Below the pieces are notes generated by a model. It was not told the origin of the DNA and ran no database searches. It was given only the letters and a program-made list of their open reading frames with translations. Shown here piece by piece: positions 41,808 through 52,164 of a stretch of DNA of 64,000 nt. The stretch lies in NCBI GenBank assembly GCA_039794005.1, contig JBAMMA010000020.1, forward strand, positions 1 through 64,000, read 5' to 3'. The translations under genes and the position numbers were made by a program. The DNA comes from Thermoplasmata archaeon (GTDB lineage Archaea; Thermoplasmatota; Thermoplasmata; Thermoplasmatales; ARK-15). Position 1 is the stretch's first letter, and each line of letters opens with the position of its first letter.

Positions 41808-43446
41808 AGAAAAAATGGAAGAATGGAAAAAGGTATACGAAAAATCTGTCTCTATAATGCCTGAGAGGGAAAATATAAAAACGTTGTCTGGAATTTATCT
41901 TAAAACTTTTTATTCACCCTTGGATTTAGGAGATTTTGATTATTTTGAAAAATTGGGATATCCAGGGATTTATCCATTCACAAGGGGTATACATCCAACA
42001 ATGTATAGATCTCGCTATTGGACATTCAGAGAATTCTCCGGTTTTGGAGATGCCATAGAGACCAATAAAAGATTAAAATTTTTGATAGAACATGGTGAAA
42101 CTGGGTTGAGCATAGCTTTTGATTATCCAACATTATTGGGATTGGATGCTGATAATCCATTGACAAAAGGGGAATTTGGAAAGGCTGGGGTAGCCATAAA
42201 CACATTGGAGGATATGCAACTCATGTTTGATGGAATTTCAATGAAAGATATATCTACTTCAATGACGATAAATGGACCAGCTGCAATAATCTGGGGATTT
42301 TACATTGTAGCGGCCGAAACACAGGGGGCCAAAAGATCTGAATTGAGGGGAACAATTCAAAATGATATTTTGAAAGAATATATGGCTCAAAAATCTTTTA
42401 TATTTCCACCGGAACCTTCATTAAAATTGGTTATAGATACAATAGAATTTGGAAGTAAAGAATTGCCATTGTGGAATCCAATAAGCATAAGTGGATATCA
42501 CATTAGGGAAGCTGGAGCTACCGCTGTTCAGGAAGCCGCATTTACGCTGGCAAATGGTCTTACATACGTTGAGGAAGCCATTAAAAGGGGATTGGATGTA
42601 GATGATTTTGCATATAGACTAAGCTTTTTCTTTGATTCACATATAGACTTTTTCGAAGAAATAGCAAAGTTTAGGGCAATAAGAAGAGTTTGGGCAAAAG
42701 AAATGAAGAGAAGGTTTAATCCTAAAAAGGAGAGATCATTATGGATGAGATTCCATACTCAGACCGCAGGAGTAAGTCTTACCGCTCAGCAACCGGAAAA
42801 TAATATAATAAGAACTACATTAGAAGCATTGGCTGCAGTTTTAGGGGGTACACAAAGTTTGCATACAAATAGTATGGATGAGGCCTGGGCATTACCATCA
42901 GAAAAAGCTGTTATGATCGCATTGAGAACTCAGCAAATTATAGCAGAAGAGTCAGGAGTTGCAAATGTTGTTGATCCTTTAGGGGGATCCTATTACATTG
43001 AATGGTTAACCGATAAAATTGAAGAAGAGATTTACAGATATTTTGATAAAATAGAACAGGTGGGTGGAGTAATTGCCGGAATTAAAAAAGGATTCTTCCA
43101 GAGGGAGATAGCCAAATCAGCCTATGAATTCCAAAAGGATATTGAAGAAAAAAGAAGAATTTTGGTCGGTGTAAACAAATATAGAATTGATGAAAAGCTT
43201 GAAATTCCAATATTAAAGGTACCTGATGAATTGGAAGAGAGGCATTTGGCTAGACTAAAGAAATTCAAAGAGAATAGGGATTTCTCTAAGACGCAAGAAG
43301 CATTAAATAGAATAAAAAAGTATGCGGATGAACAAAATTTAATGCCTTACATAATCGATGCAATAAAATCAAAGGCAACACTTGGTGAAATAGTGAATGC
43401 ACTCAAAGAGGTTTGGGGGGAGTACATAGAACCGGTGATCTGGTAA
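41785..43446 (+). CDS. Acyl-CoA mutase large subunit with isobutyryl-CoA mutase-type residues
   Basis: PG.YPFTRG, WTFREFSGF, QNDILKEYMAQ, SISGYHIREAG, LGGTQSLHTN; start at ATG 41785 after GGTGA. Confidence 0.92.
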   Translation: MEREEIFKEKMEEWKKVYEKSVSIMPERENIKTLSGIYLKTFYSPLDLGDFDYFEKLGYPGIYPFTRGIHPTMYRSRYWTFREFSGFGDAIETNKRLKFLIEHGETGLSIAFDYPTLLGLDADNPLTKGEFGKAGVAINTLEDMQLMFDGISMKDISTSMTINGPAAIIWGFYIVAAETQGAKRSELRGTIQNDILKEYMAQKSFIFPPEPSLKLVIDTIEFGSKELPLWNPISISGYHIREAGATAVQEAAFTLANGLTYVEEAIKRGLDVDDFAYRLSFFFDSHIDFFEEIAKFRAIRRVWAKEMKRRFNPKKERSLWMRFHTQTAGVSLTAQQPENNIIRTTLEALAAVLGGTQSLHTNSMDEAWALPSEKAVMIALRTQQIIAEESGVANVVDPLGGSYYIEWLTDKIEEEIYRYFDKIEQVGGVIAGIKKGFFQREIAKSAYEFQKDIEEKRRILVGVNKYRIDEKLEIPILKVPDELEERHLARLKKFKENRDFSKTQEALNRIKKYADEQNLMPYIIDAIKSKATLGEIVNALKEVWGEYIEPVIW

Positions 43447-44019
43447 ATGTCATTTAAAAAAGGTCTCATTGAAGTCTACACGGGAAATGGAAAAGGCAAG
43501 ACAACGGCATCCATTGGCTTAGCTATTAGAGCAGCCGGGTACGGAAATAAGATTTTAATAGTTCATTTTATGAAATCAAAAAAATATGGTGAATCAAATA
43601 TAATCAATGAAATAAAAAATATTGATGAAATATATCTTGGAAAGCCATATTTTGTTACTAAAAATCCGGAAATAAAGAAATTATTTCCGGATGTTGTACT
43701 ATTTGAACCTGGAAATCCTCCCAGAGAATACGTTGAATTAATTGAGAATGGCCTGAAAGATACAGAAAATAAAATGATTTCTGGTGAATATGACATGATA
43801 ATTTTGGATGAATTAATAACTGCAATACATTTTGAATTAATAGATATAAAAAAAGTTCTAGAATTTTTGGATAAAAAACCTGAAAATGTAGAAGTAGTTT
43901 TGACCGGTAGATATGCCCCAAAAGAGATCATAGATAAAGCAGATCTTGTTACGGAAATGGTCGAAGTAAAACATCCTTATCAAAAGGGCATTGAAGCAAG
44001 GGAAGGTATAGAATATTAA
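43447..44019 (+). CDS. Cob(I)alamin adenosyltransferase (CobA/BtuR/CobO type)
   Basis: YTGNGKGKTTA..GLA.RA.G, ILDE, LTGR, ADLVTEM..VKHP. Confidence 0.92.
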   Translation: MSFKKGLIEVYTGNGKGKTTASIGLAIRAAGYGNKILIVHFMKSKKYGESNIINEIKNIDEIYLGKPYFVTKNPEIKKLFPDVVLFEPGNPPREYVELIENGLKDTENKMISGEYDMIILDELITAIHFELIDIKKVLEFLDKKPENVEVVLTGRYAPKEIIDKADLVTEMVEVKHPYQKGIEAREGIEY

Positions 44020-44089
44020 AATTATTAGAAAAATTTACTACAAAATATTAAATATTCTAATTTTGATATAAAAAATAGGTGAAATCCAT

Positions 44090-44596
44090 ATGAGAAAGAT
44101 GACAGAAAAAAATCTTTTAGAAGCTTTTTCAGGTGAAAGCCAGGCTCACATGAGATACTTGATATTTGCTGATGTAGCCGAGAAGGAAGGGTATAAAAAT
44201 GTAGCTAGATTATTCAGGGCAATAGCTTATGCAGAACAAATACACGCAACGAATCACTACAAAATTGCTTTAGGTCTTGTAAAGGATACAGAGAGCAATT
44301 TACAAACAGCGATAGACGGAGAAACCTACGAAATAGAAGAAATGTATCCAGTTTTTAATGAAGTAGCAAAGTTCCAGGGCGAAAAAAATGCCGAAGTGAC
44401 AACACATAGTGCACTGGAAGCAGAAAAGATACATGCAGATTTATATAAGAAGGCCAAGGAATCCGTAAAATCCAAAAAGGATTATGATGTTGGAGACATT
44501 TACATTTGCAGTGTATGCGGATATACCACAGTAGGTAAGGCCCCCGAAAAATGTCCAGTATGTGGTGCACCACAGAGTGCATTTAAAAAGTTCTGA
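44090..44596 (+). CDS. rbr: Rubrerythrin
   Basis: AFSGESQA..RY, AEQIHA, GE.YE...MYP, AE..H, C-terminal CSVCG...CPVCG. Confidence 0.95.
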   Translation: MRKMTEKNLLEAFSGESQAHMRYLIFADVAEKEGYKNVARLFRAIAYAEQIHATNHYKIALGLVKDTESNLQTAIDGETYEIEEMYPVFNEVAKFQGEKNAEVTTHSALEAEKIHADLYKKAKESVKSKKDYDVGDIYICSVCGYTTVGKAPEKCPVCGAPQSAFKKF

Positions 44597-44602
44597 TCAG
44601 CT

Positions 44603-45079
44603 ATGGGAACCAAAGGTAGAGAGATTATTGAAATCAGCCTAAATGAATTGATATCAGATCTTTCAAAAGCCTACGCCGATCAGTGGATGGAAATTTATCT
44701 TTCATGGTATATAAAACATAATTACTTTGGGGATCAGGCCATTTATCTCATAGACACGATGGAAAATATCTATGCCCAGGCAATTAAAAGAGCTGAAAAA
44801 TTAACACAGAGGATCAGATCGTTAGGGGGAAACACTATTTATAATCCCACTGAAATTCTAAGACTTGGAAATTGCAGATATCCTGAAACATTAAATATCA
44901 ATGATTTACACTCTGTCTTAGAATCTCTTTTACTGTTGAAGAGATGCATAATTGAGGTTTACAATAGAATACTAAAGAAAACTTTTGGAAAGGATCCAAT
45001 AACATACCATATAATAGAATCCATGTTGGAAGAAGAGGTTGAAGAAGAAGATAAATTGGAAATTTTAAGAAAGAGGTAA
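44603..45079 (+). CDS. DPS-like (DPSL)/ferritin-like protein with degenerate di-iron site
   Basis: MGTKGREII, L.KAYADQW, RI..LGG, C.YP, RC.I.VY, T.GKDPITY, L.EEVEEE. Confidence 0.75.
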   Translation: MGTKGREIIEISLNELISDLSKAYADQWMEIYLSWYIKHNYFGDQAIYLIDTMENIYAQAIKRAEKLTQRIRSLGGNTIYNPTEILRLGNCRYPETLNINDLHSVLESLLLLKRCIIEVYNRILKKTFGKDPITYHIIESMLEEEVEEEDKLEILRKR

Positions 45080-45083
45080 AAAT

Positions 45084-45449
45084 ATGAAGAGGTTTGGTGA
45101 AAATTTATATCTGCCCGAGAAAGAGGGAAAGGAAAAGCATGCTCCTATAATTGAGGCCCCATCCAGTGTAAAGGCAAACGAGTGGTTTGAAATAAAAATA
45201 ACCGTCGGAAAGGATGTGCCACATCCAAATCTTGTAGAACACCACATAAAGTGGATTCAGGTATACGCCACAATTGATGGAAGGGCATTTAATCCCGTAC
45301 ATGTGGCAACATTCGACTTTGGTCCTACTTATGCAGATCCAAGGGTAACATTCAGGATGAAATTGGAAAAGAGTGCGACAATATATGCATTGGCCTATTG
45401 TAACTTACATGGAGTTTGGGAGAATTCTGTGGAAATAAAAGTTGAATAA
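45084..45449 (+). CDS. Superoxide reductase-like protein (neelaredoxin/class II SORL)
   Basis: EKH.P, VPHP...HHI.WI, YCNLHGVW. Confidence 0.9.
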   Translation: MKRFGENLYLPEKEGKEKHAPIIEAPSSVKANEWFEIKITVGKDVPHPNLVEHHIKWIQVYATIDGRAFNPVHVATFDFGPTYADPRVTFRMKLEKSATIYALAYCNLHGVWENSVEIKVE

Positions 45450-45472
45450 ATTTTTTCCTTTATTTTTTTGAG

Positions 45473-45922
45473 GTGATAATATTGGATTTAAAAGAATTAT
45501 TTGATACAGCCGTAAAAACAGAGGAAGAAGCATATGAATTTTACATAAATTTATCAAAAAAAGTTAAAAATCAATCATCCAAGAAATTGTTAGAGGATTT
45601 GGCGAATGAAGAACTTAACCACAAAAATATAATAATAAAATATTTCTTTGGTACATACAAAGTAATGGATAATATACCTTTGCTTAATTTATTGGACCAT
45701 CTTCCAAAGAAAGAGATTATAGATGAAAATTCTGACTTGAGAGAAATATTATCCCATGCAATACTAAGGGAAGAAAAAGAATACAATTTTTACAATGAAT
45801 TGGAAAAGTATATTGAAGATAAAAAAATCTTAGAAATATTGGAATTTTTAAAAAACCAGGAATTAAACCACAAGGCGAAATTAGAACATCTATACGATGA
45901 TATTGTATACAGTGAATTCTAA
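45473..45922 (+). CDS. Ferritin-like/rubrerythrin-family di-iron protein
   Basis: Two repeats of A...E......FY..L......L..EE..H; true start may be TTG 45482. Confidence 0.85.
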   Translation: MIILDLKELFDTAVKTEEEAYEFYINLSKKVKNQSSKKLLEDLANEELNHKNIIIKYFFGTYKVMDNIPLLNLLDHLPKKEIIDENSDLREILSHAILREEKEYNFYNELEKYIEDKKILEILEFLKNQELNHKAKLEHLYDDIVYSEF

Positions 45923-46428
45923 TGATTGAAGAAATATTGAAAAGAAAAAGCTATCGAAATTTCTCCGACAGGGAGGTAGATGAAAGGATAATCCTTGACA
46001 TTATAGAGGCTGGGAGACTTGCACCATCATGTTACAATAATCAACCTTGGCACTATGTACTTTTAAAAGGTAAAGAAAAATCGATAATAAATGATCATAT
46101 AAATCGGGGAAATTCTTGGGCAAAGAATGCCTATGCTTACATTGTGATGGTGTGCAACCCAAATGTAGACTGCAACATAAATGGTATTAATTATTCTTTA
46201 TTTGACTGTGGATTATCGGTGGAAAACATGTTATTGGAAGCATTTCATAATGGATTAATTGCACACAGCATAGCAGGATTCAACTCTGAAGGTTTAAAAA
46301 AGGCATTAAAAATTCCTGAAAATTTTTTAATCCCTGCCATTATTATTTTGGGATATCCCAATGGTAATGAAGAAAGGGCAAGGGAGAGAAAAGGCATAGA
46401 TGAAATATTGCACATGGGAGGGTGGTAA
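45922..46428 (+). CDS. Nitroreductase family protein
   Basis: RKSYR.F, LAPS..N.QPW, D.G....N..L.A...GL, LGYP. Confidence 0.9.
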   Translation: MIEEILKRKSYRNFSDREVDERIILDIIEAGRLAPSCYNNQPWHYVLLKGKEKSIINDHINRGNSWAKNAYAYIVMVCNPNVDCNINGINYSLFDCGLSVENMLLEAFHNGLIAHSIAGFNSEGLKKALKIPENFLIPAIIILGYPNGNEERARERKGIDEILHMGGW

Positions 46429-46429
46429 T

Positions 46430-46849
46430 ATGTTGAATGAAAATGATGATGTGTCCTTTATAGATGATTATTTTCCGGATAAAAAGAATAAATGGATAGT
46501 TCTATACTTTTATCCAAAGGATTTTACGTCCGGATGTACCAGGGAAGCAGAATCATTTAGGGACAATTTTGAAAAATTCAAGGAAATGAATGTAGAAGTA
46601 ATTGGAGTAAGCGTAGATGACAATGAAACACATAAAAAGTTCAAAGAAAAATTGAATATTCCTTTTGATTTATATAGCGATATAAATAAAGAATTGATAA
46701 AAAGATTTGGAGTGGAAAATCTGGGAAGGGCAAGAAGAACAACGTTCATTATAAGTCCGGATAGAAAAATTGTTAAAAAATGGGGGAGGGTGAGCGTTGA
46801 TAAACATGTTGAAGAGGTAATAAATGCATTAAAAGAGGTGATAAAATGA
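46430..46849 (+). CDS. bcp: Peroxiredoxin (BCP/PrxQ, single Cys)
   Basis: [29 protein letters not shown]; start at ATG 46430. Confidence 0.9.
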   Translation: MLNENDDVSFIDDYFPDKKNKWIVLYFYPKDFTSGCTREAESFRDNFEKFKEMNVEVIGVSVDDNETHKKFKEKLNIPFDLYSDINKELIKRFGVENLGRARRTTFIISPDRKIVKKWGRVSVDKHVEEVINALKEVIK

Positions 46850-47013
46850 AGGTTTTGTATCAATGCCAGGTTTGTGGTTATATATATGATCCCGATGAAG
46901 GAGATGATACTCAGGGTATTCCTCCTGGAACATTATTTGAAGATCTGCCAGATACATGGACATGCCCAGTTTGTGGTGCTCCTAAAGATATGTTTACGGC
47001 GGTGGTAACATGA
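46846..47013 (+). CDS. Rubredoxin (55 aa; not in the ORF track)
   Basis: [20 protein letters not shown]...[26 protein letters not shown]; GAGGTGA RBS; overlaps both neighbours by ATGA. Confidence 0.95.
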   Translation: MKVLYQCQVCGYIYDPDEGDDTQGIPPGTLFEDLPDTWTCPVCGAPKDMFTAVVT

Positions 47014-48728
47014 AAATCAATGATTTTACTGTAAGAATAGGTGGACAGGCAGGAGACGGTTCCCTGGCCACGGGTGAATTGTTATCCAGATATTTAAGAA
47101 GAGCCGGATATTACGTGGCAACTGATAAGGATTTTCCTTCCAGAATAAGGGGAGGTCATACAAGTTATGCTATCAGAGGATCAGAGAAAAAGATTTATTC
47201 GATTCATGACAAGATAGATGCGCTTCTTGCATTCGATGACGATTCTTTAAAATTACATTTAAATGAAATAGAAACCGGAGGGGCTTTAATATATGATTCA
47301 TCAAGAGCGAAAATTAGTATCGACAGAAAAGATATAAGGATTATAGGACTCCCATTCACAATAAAAGCCAAAAATGAACTAGGTAACGAGATAATAAAAA
47401 ATACGATGTCTCTAGGTATACTGACAAAAATTTTTGGATTAGATATTGAATTAATGAAAGAAACAATTTCTGATACATATAAAAAGAGAGGGGAAAAAAT
47501 ATTAAAGGACAATTTAAGAGCGTATGAAATAGGCTTAGAACTTTCTAAAGATGAGAATAGATTAGAAAATTATTCGATAGAGAAATTGAAAAGGGATGAA
47601 AATAAACTTTTAATGATGGGTAATGAGGCCATCGCCCTGGGGGCAATGGCTGCCGGTTGCAAGTTTATAGCAGCATACCCAATAACTCCGGCCAGCGATG
47701 TCTTAGAATTTATGTCCAAATATCTACCTAAAAATGGCGGTGTTGCAATTCAGGCGGAATCAGAAATATCTGCTATTAATATGGCAATTGGTGCAGCATA
47801 TGCCGGTATAAGGTCCATGGTAGCTACCTCAGGCCCTGGATTTGATTTAAAGACAGAAGCTATTGGTTTAGCATCAATGATTGAACAGCCTGTTGTAATA
47901 CTGGATGCCATGAGGGCTGGGCCTTCAACCGGTATGCCAACAAAAACAGAACAATCCGATATAAATCACGCTGTATACGGTGGTCATGGTGACAAACCCA
48001 AGGTTGTCATAGTTCCAGGAAATGTTGAAGAGGCCTTTTATATGACATTTGAGGCTTTTAATATAGCCGAAGTATTTCAGGGACCAGTAATTATTTTAAC
48101 CGATGAATTGATAAGCTGGAACAAACAGGTTGTTAATAAATTCAATATTGATTCTTTGAAAATAAACAGGGGTAAATTGTTATTAAATATTGAATCGAAT
48201 GAAAGAGAATTTAAGAGATATGAATTCTCTGAAGACGGAATATCGAGGAGAACAATTCCCGGGGTAAAAAATGGAGTTCATCTGGAAACTGGGGATGAAC
48301 ATGATGAATATGGACACATAACTGAAAATCCGGAGATAAGAAATAAAATGATGGAAAAGAGAAATAAAAAGATGGAATATATAAAAAATATGTTATTTAA
48401 ATCTGAGATAATTGGTGATGGAGAAAATGTAATAGTAAGCATTGGGAGCACATTGGGGCCGATCCTGGAGGCAATGGAGATGCTTAAAAAAGATGGCATA
48501 GAAACAACGTTTGTTAGAATCAGGACGTTATTACCATTTTTAGAAGATCCGATTGAAACGATAGATAATGCAAAAAGAGTCTTTGTTGTAGAGAATAACA
48601 TAACCGGTCAGCTTGAAAACCTTTTGAAGATATATGTGAATAGAAAGGATTTCATTCCAATAAGGAAATATGATGGAAGATCATTCAGACCAGGGTTTAT
48701 TTATAATAAAATTAAAGAGGTGTTTTAA
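47010..48728 (+). CDS. 2-oxoacid:ferredoxin oxidoreductase alpha subunit (gamma-alpha fused)
   Basis: [42 protein letters not shown]. Confidence 0.94.
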   Translation: MKINDFTVRIGGQAGDGSLATGELLSRYLRRAGYYVATDKDFPSRIRGGHTSYAIRGSEKKIYSIHDKIDALLAFDDDSLKLHLNEIETGGALIYDSSRAKISIDRKDIRIIGLPFTIKAKNELGNEIIKNTMSLGILTKIFGLDIELMKETISDTYKKRGEKILKDNLRAYEIGLELSKDENRLENYSIEKLKRDENKLLMMGNEAIALGAMAAGCKFIAAYPITPASDVLEFMSKYLPKNGGVAIQAESEISAINMAIGAAYAGIRSMVATSGPGFDLKTEAIGLASMIEQPVVILDAMRAGPSTGMPTKTEQSDINHAVYGGHGDKPKVVIVPGNVEEAFYMTFEAFNIAEVFQGPVIILTDELISWNKQVVNKFNIDSLKINRGKLLLNIESNEREFKRYEFSEDGISRRTIPGVKNGVHLETGDEHDEYGHITENPEIRNKMMEKRNKKMEYIKNMLFKSEIIGDGENVIVSIGSTLGPILEAMEMLKKDGIETTFVRIRTLLPFLEDPIETIDNAKRVFVVENNITGQLENLLKIYVNRKDFIPIRKYDGRSFRPGFIYNKIKEVF

Positions 48729-49586
48729 ATGGTAGAAATAAAAATTGATACCAGAATTTATGATAAAGAAACTCCAACGTGGTGCCCTGGATGCGGAGAC
48801 TATGGTGTGCTATTAGCACTAAAGAGGGCAGCCGCCATTTTAAATCTGGACCCCAATAAAACCGTATTGGTAACAGGTATAGGATGTTCTTCAAAAATAA
48901 ATAGTTATTTTTATTCATATGGGATACATACAATACATGGTAGGGCTGCCAGTGTAGCCCAGGGCATTAAATTGGCCAATCCTGACCTTGAAGTTATAGT
49001 TGCTGGTGGAGATGGAGATGCATTTGCAATAGGTACCGAACATTTGGTTCACATTGCAAGAAGAAATCCGGATATAACATACATAGTAATGGATAATCAA
49101 ATATATGGATTGACAAAAGGCCAAGTAAGTCCAACGAGTGAAGAGGGTTTTGTTAGCATAACTACACCATATGGTTCTTTTGAAAAACCCGTTAATGGCC
49201 CATTGTTGGCACTTGCCTCAGGAGCCACATTTATAGCAAGAGGTTTTGCGGGGGATCCTATATTTTTAACAGATTTAATTGTTGAGGGTATCAAACATAA
49301 GGGATTTGCATTGATAGATGTTTTCAGTCCATGTGTAACGTGGAATAAGGTCAACACATATGATTGGTATAAACAGCACACCTACAAATTGGAAAACCAT
49401 GATCCGGCTGACATAAAAAAGGCGTTTGAAATTTTGCAGGATGAAGAAAAGTTTGGCCTGGGAATAATTTATAAAGCGGAAAAACCGACACTGGAGGAAA
49501 AACTACCAAGGAAAACATCATTTAAACCATTCGATAAATTGGATGTTGAGAGAAGCATTGAAGAATTATACGAGGAATTTTTATAG
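48729..49586 (+). CDS. 2-oxoacid:ferredoxin oxidoreductase beta subunit
   Basis: TWCPGCG, GIGCS, HGR, GGDGD (TPP), NQIYGLTKGQ.SPT, SPCVT. Confidence 0.94.
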   Translation: MVEIKIDTRIYDKETPTWCPGCGDYGVLLALKRAAAILNLDPNKTVLVTGIGCSSKINSYFYSYGIHTIHGRAASVAQGIKLANPDLEVIVAGGDGDAFAIGTEHLVHIARRNPDITYIVMDNQIYGLTKGQVSPTSEEGFVSITTPYGSFEKPVNGPLLALASGATFIARGFAGDPIFLTDLIVEGIKHKGFALIDVFSPCVTWNKVNTYDWYKQHTYKLENHDPADIKKAFEILQDEEKFGLGIIYKAEKPTLEEKLPRKTSFKPFDKLDVERSIEELYEEFL

Positions 49587-49594
49587 GTGGTATA

Positions 49595-50446
49595 ATGATA
49601 ATAGGGGGCCACATGTCTATTTCAGGAGGATTTGCACCAGTTCCAGCTAGAGCAAATAAAATAGGTTTAAATGCAATACAGATATTTTCAAAAAATCAAA
49701 GACAATGGATAGCGAAGTCTATTGATATGGATGATGCAAAAAGTTTCAGAGAAAATTTGAATAAATATGGGATTATAGAATCCGTTGTTCATGCTTCATA
49801 TCTCGTTAACATTGCAACTGAAAATTCTGAAATATTTAAAAAATCAATAGATTCATTGATTCATGAGGCTGAGAGATGTTCAATTTTGGGGATAAAATAT
49901 CTTGTATTTCATCCTGGTGCACACCTGGGTAAAGGGGAGGAATATGGGTTAAAGAGAATTGTTGAAGGAATCGATAAAATCATAGGAAAATTGCCCGATA
50001 ATGTTTATTTAACTGTTGAGACTACAGCTGGTCAGGGCACGAATCTGGGTTATAAATTCGAGCATATTTCCAAAATATTATCAAACGTTTCAGATAGTTC
50101 CAGATTAAGGGTCTGCATCGATACATGTCATATTTTTGCGGCGGGATATGAACTCAGATCCAAAGAAGGATATGAAAAAACAATGGAATTATTTGACAAC
50201 TTAGTTGGATTTAAATATTTATCTGTGATTCATTTAAATGACAGTGAAAAACAATTTGGTAGCAGGATAGATAGACATGCACAGATTGGAAAGGGATACA
50301 TTGGTGAAAAGGGATTTAAAAACATTTTAAAAGATGGTAGGTTTAAAAACATACCTTTAATTTTAGAAACTCCCGGAGGAGAAGATTTATACCCAGAGGA
50401 CTTAAAGGTAATAAATAAAATTCTGGAGGATGATCATGATGATTGA
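49595..50446 (+). CDS. nfo: Endonuclease IV (AP endonuclease)
   Basis: G.HMSI.GG, HASYL.N, FHPG, ETTAGQG, CIDTCH, HLNDS, DRH, ILETP. Confidence 0.95.
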   Translation: MIIGGHMSISGGFAPVPARANKIGLNAIQIFSKNQRQWIAKSIDMDDAKSFRENLNKYGIIESVVHASYLVNIATENSEIFKKSIDSLIHEAERCSILGIKYLVFHPGAHLGKGEEYGLKRIVEGIDKIIGKLPDNVYLTVETTAGQGTNLGYKFEHISKILSNVSDSSRLRVCIDTCHIFAAGYELRSKEGYEKTMELFDNLVGFKYLSVIHLNDSEKQFGSRIDRHAQIGKGYIGEKGFKNILKDGRFKNIPLILETPGGEDLYPEDLKVINKILEDDHDD

Positions 50447-51638
50447 GATCAAACCAAATATATATTTTGTTGGAGTAAAAAATCCTGAAATGAGAATTTT
50501 TGACGTATTCTTCAAAACGGAAAGGGGGACAACATATAACTCATATCTCATCGTAGGAAAGGAGAAGGTGGCATTGATAGATACGGTTAAGGAGCCATTC
50601 AAGGATGAATTTATCAAAAATATTGAAGAGATAATCCCTCTGGAAAAAATAAATTATGTAATTACTTTACACCATGAACCAGATCATTCTGGAGCCTTGA
50701 AATACATACTGGAAAAGTCAAATGCCAAGGTAGTGATTTCGAAGACTGCCGGTCTATTTTTAAAACAGATCCTACATAAAGATGTTAATCCTATGCTAGT
50801 TGGAGATAATGATAAAATTAATTTGGGCGATTTGACTATAGAGTTTATACAGGCACCATTTTTACACTGGCCAGACACAATGTTTGCTTATGTACCCGAG
50901 AGAAACATTCTATTTACATGCGATTTCCTTGGAGCTCATTTCAGCGATAATTCGATATATAATGATGAATCTATCGATTTTTCACATGCATTTGAACATT
51001 ATTATAAAATCATAATGAGGCCTTTTAAGGACTATGTTCTACAGGCAATCAGAAAGATTGAAAATAAAAGAATTGATATGATTGCACCCAGTCATGGAAT
51101 GATTTTAAGAAAAGATCCATGGAAATATGTGGAATTGTATAAAACATGGTCAACACCAAAACCACGTGAATTTAAGAGGGCACTGATATTTTATGCATCA
51201 CCCTACGGTGGTACTGGTAGGTTAGCCAACAGTATAGCAGCGGGATTGGTTGAATCTGGAGTTCATGTTGAGTTATTTGACTTAGCAGGGACCGTTATAG
51301 ATGACAGTCTATTAGAATTAATAGAAAATTCAGATGCATTGATAGTGGGATCTGCAACATTAAACGGAGATGCCATAAAACCTGTATGGGATCTATTATC
51401 AAGTTTAACCACAATTAATTTGAGAAACAAAATAGGCTTTGCATTTGGTACATTTGCCTGGAGCGGAGAGGCACCTAAATTGATTGAAAATAGGTTAAAA
51501 GATCTAAAGTTAAAGGTTCCTGAAACATTCATAAGGGCTGGAATTATACCGACGGAAGATGATCTTAGAATTGCCAAAGAAGCAGGTAAAAAATTGGCTC
51601 AGTATATTATTGGATCTTCTTCTTCAGCTCAAGCCTGA
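50430..51638 (+). CDS. fprA: Flavodiiron protein FprA (metallo-beta-lactamase + flavodoxin domains)
   Basis: GTTYNSY, HHEPDHSG, HWPD, CDF.G.H, PSHG, YASPYGGT, WSGEA; start may be 50436 or 50439. Confidence 0.93.
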   Translation: MIMMIEIKPNIYFVGVKNPEMRIFDVFFKTERGTTYNSYLIVGKEKVALIDTVKEPFKDEFIKNIEEIIPLEKINYVITLHHEPDHSGALKYILEKSNAKVVISKTAGLFLKQILHKDVNPMLVGDNDKINLGDLTIEFIQAPFLHWPDTMFAYVPERNILFTCDFLGAHFSDNSIYNDESIDFSHAFEHYYKIIMRPFKDYVLQAIRKIENKRIDMIAPSHGMILRKDPWKYVELYKTWSTPKPREFKRALIFYASPYGGTGRLANSIAAGLVESGVHVELFDLAGTVIDDSLLELIENSDALIVGSATLNGDAIKPVWDLLSSLTTINLRNKIGFAFGTFAWSGEAPKLIENRLKDLKLKVPETFIRAGIIPTEDDLRIAKEAGKKLAQYIIGSSSSAQA

Positions 51639-52089
51639 TTTTCTTTCTTTCCTCAGCCTCCTTAAATCTCTTGATTTCTTCTTCTGTTTCCAATTTCAAT
51701 CTTGGTACAGGAACCGGTCTATTGTTTTCATCTATTGCAACATATGTTAAATATGCCCTTGAGGCCAAGGCCATTTTACCCGTGGATATTTTCTCGGCAT
51801 AAACATCTACCTGAACTTCCATGGATGTTGTACCAACATAATTTATCCAGGCTTTCAATATAACTATATCCCCAAGTTTTATGGGTTCAAGAAAACTCAT
51901 ATTATCTATATTTGCCGTTACAACATTTTTTCTTGCATGTCTTCCTGCAACAATGGATCCGGTCCGATCAATCCATTCTACAAGCTTTCCTCCAAATAGA
52001 TTTCCATAAATATTTGTATCTTCTGGCAAAACTGTGAAAACAGTATCAACTCTAGAATCTGAGACTCGTTTTTCCTCTAAGTTATTCAT
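51607..52089 (-). CDS. Acyl-CoA thioesterase (hotdog fold, YciA-like)
   Basis: P.DTN..G.LFGG.L..W.D, VTA..D...F..P...G, G.TSMEV.V. Confidence 0.9.
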   Translation of the reverse strand: MNNLEEKRVSDSRVDTVFTVLPEDTNIYGNLFGGKLVEWIDRTGSIVAGRHARKNVVTANIDNMSFLEPIKLGDIVILKAWINYVGTTSMEVQVDVYAEKISTGKMALASRAYLTYVAIDENNRPVPVPRLKLETEEEIKRFKEAEERKKIRLELKKKIQ

Positions 52090-52164
52090 AACGATGATAA
52101 GGCATATAAAATATTAATTTTTCAGGGAAATATTAATTATCCATGAATGATTATTTAACATAAA

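Noticed and set aside
44024-44061. ATTAGAA...TTCTAAT inverted repeat upstream of rubrerythrin as a PerR/Fur-like box
   Set aside because: Only 7 AT-rich bp with a 24-bp spacer; expected by chance and does not fit box geometry
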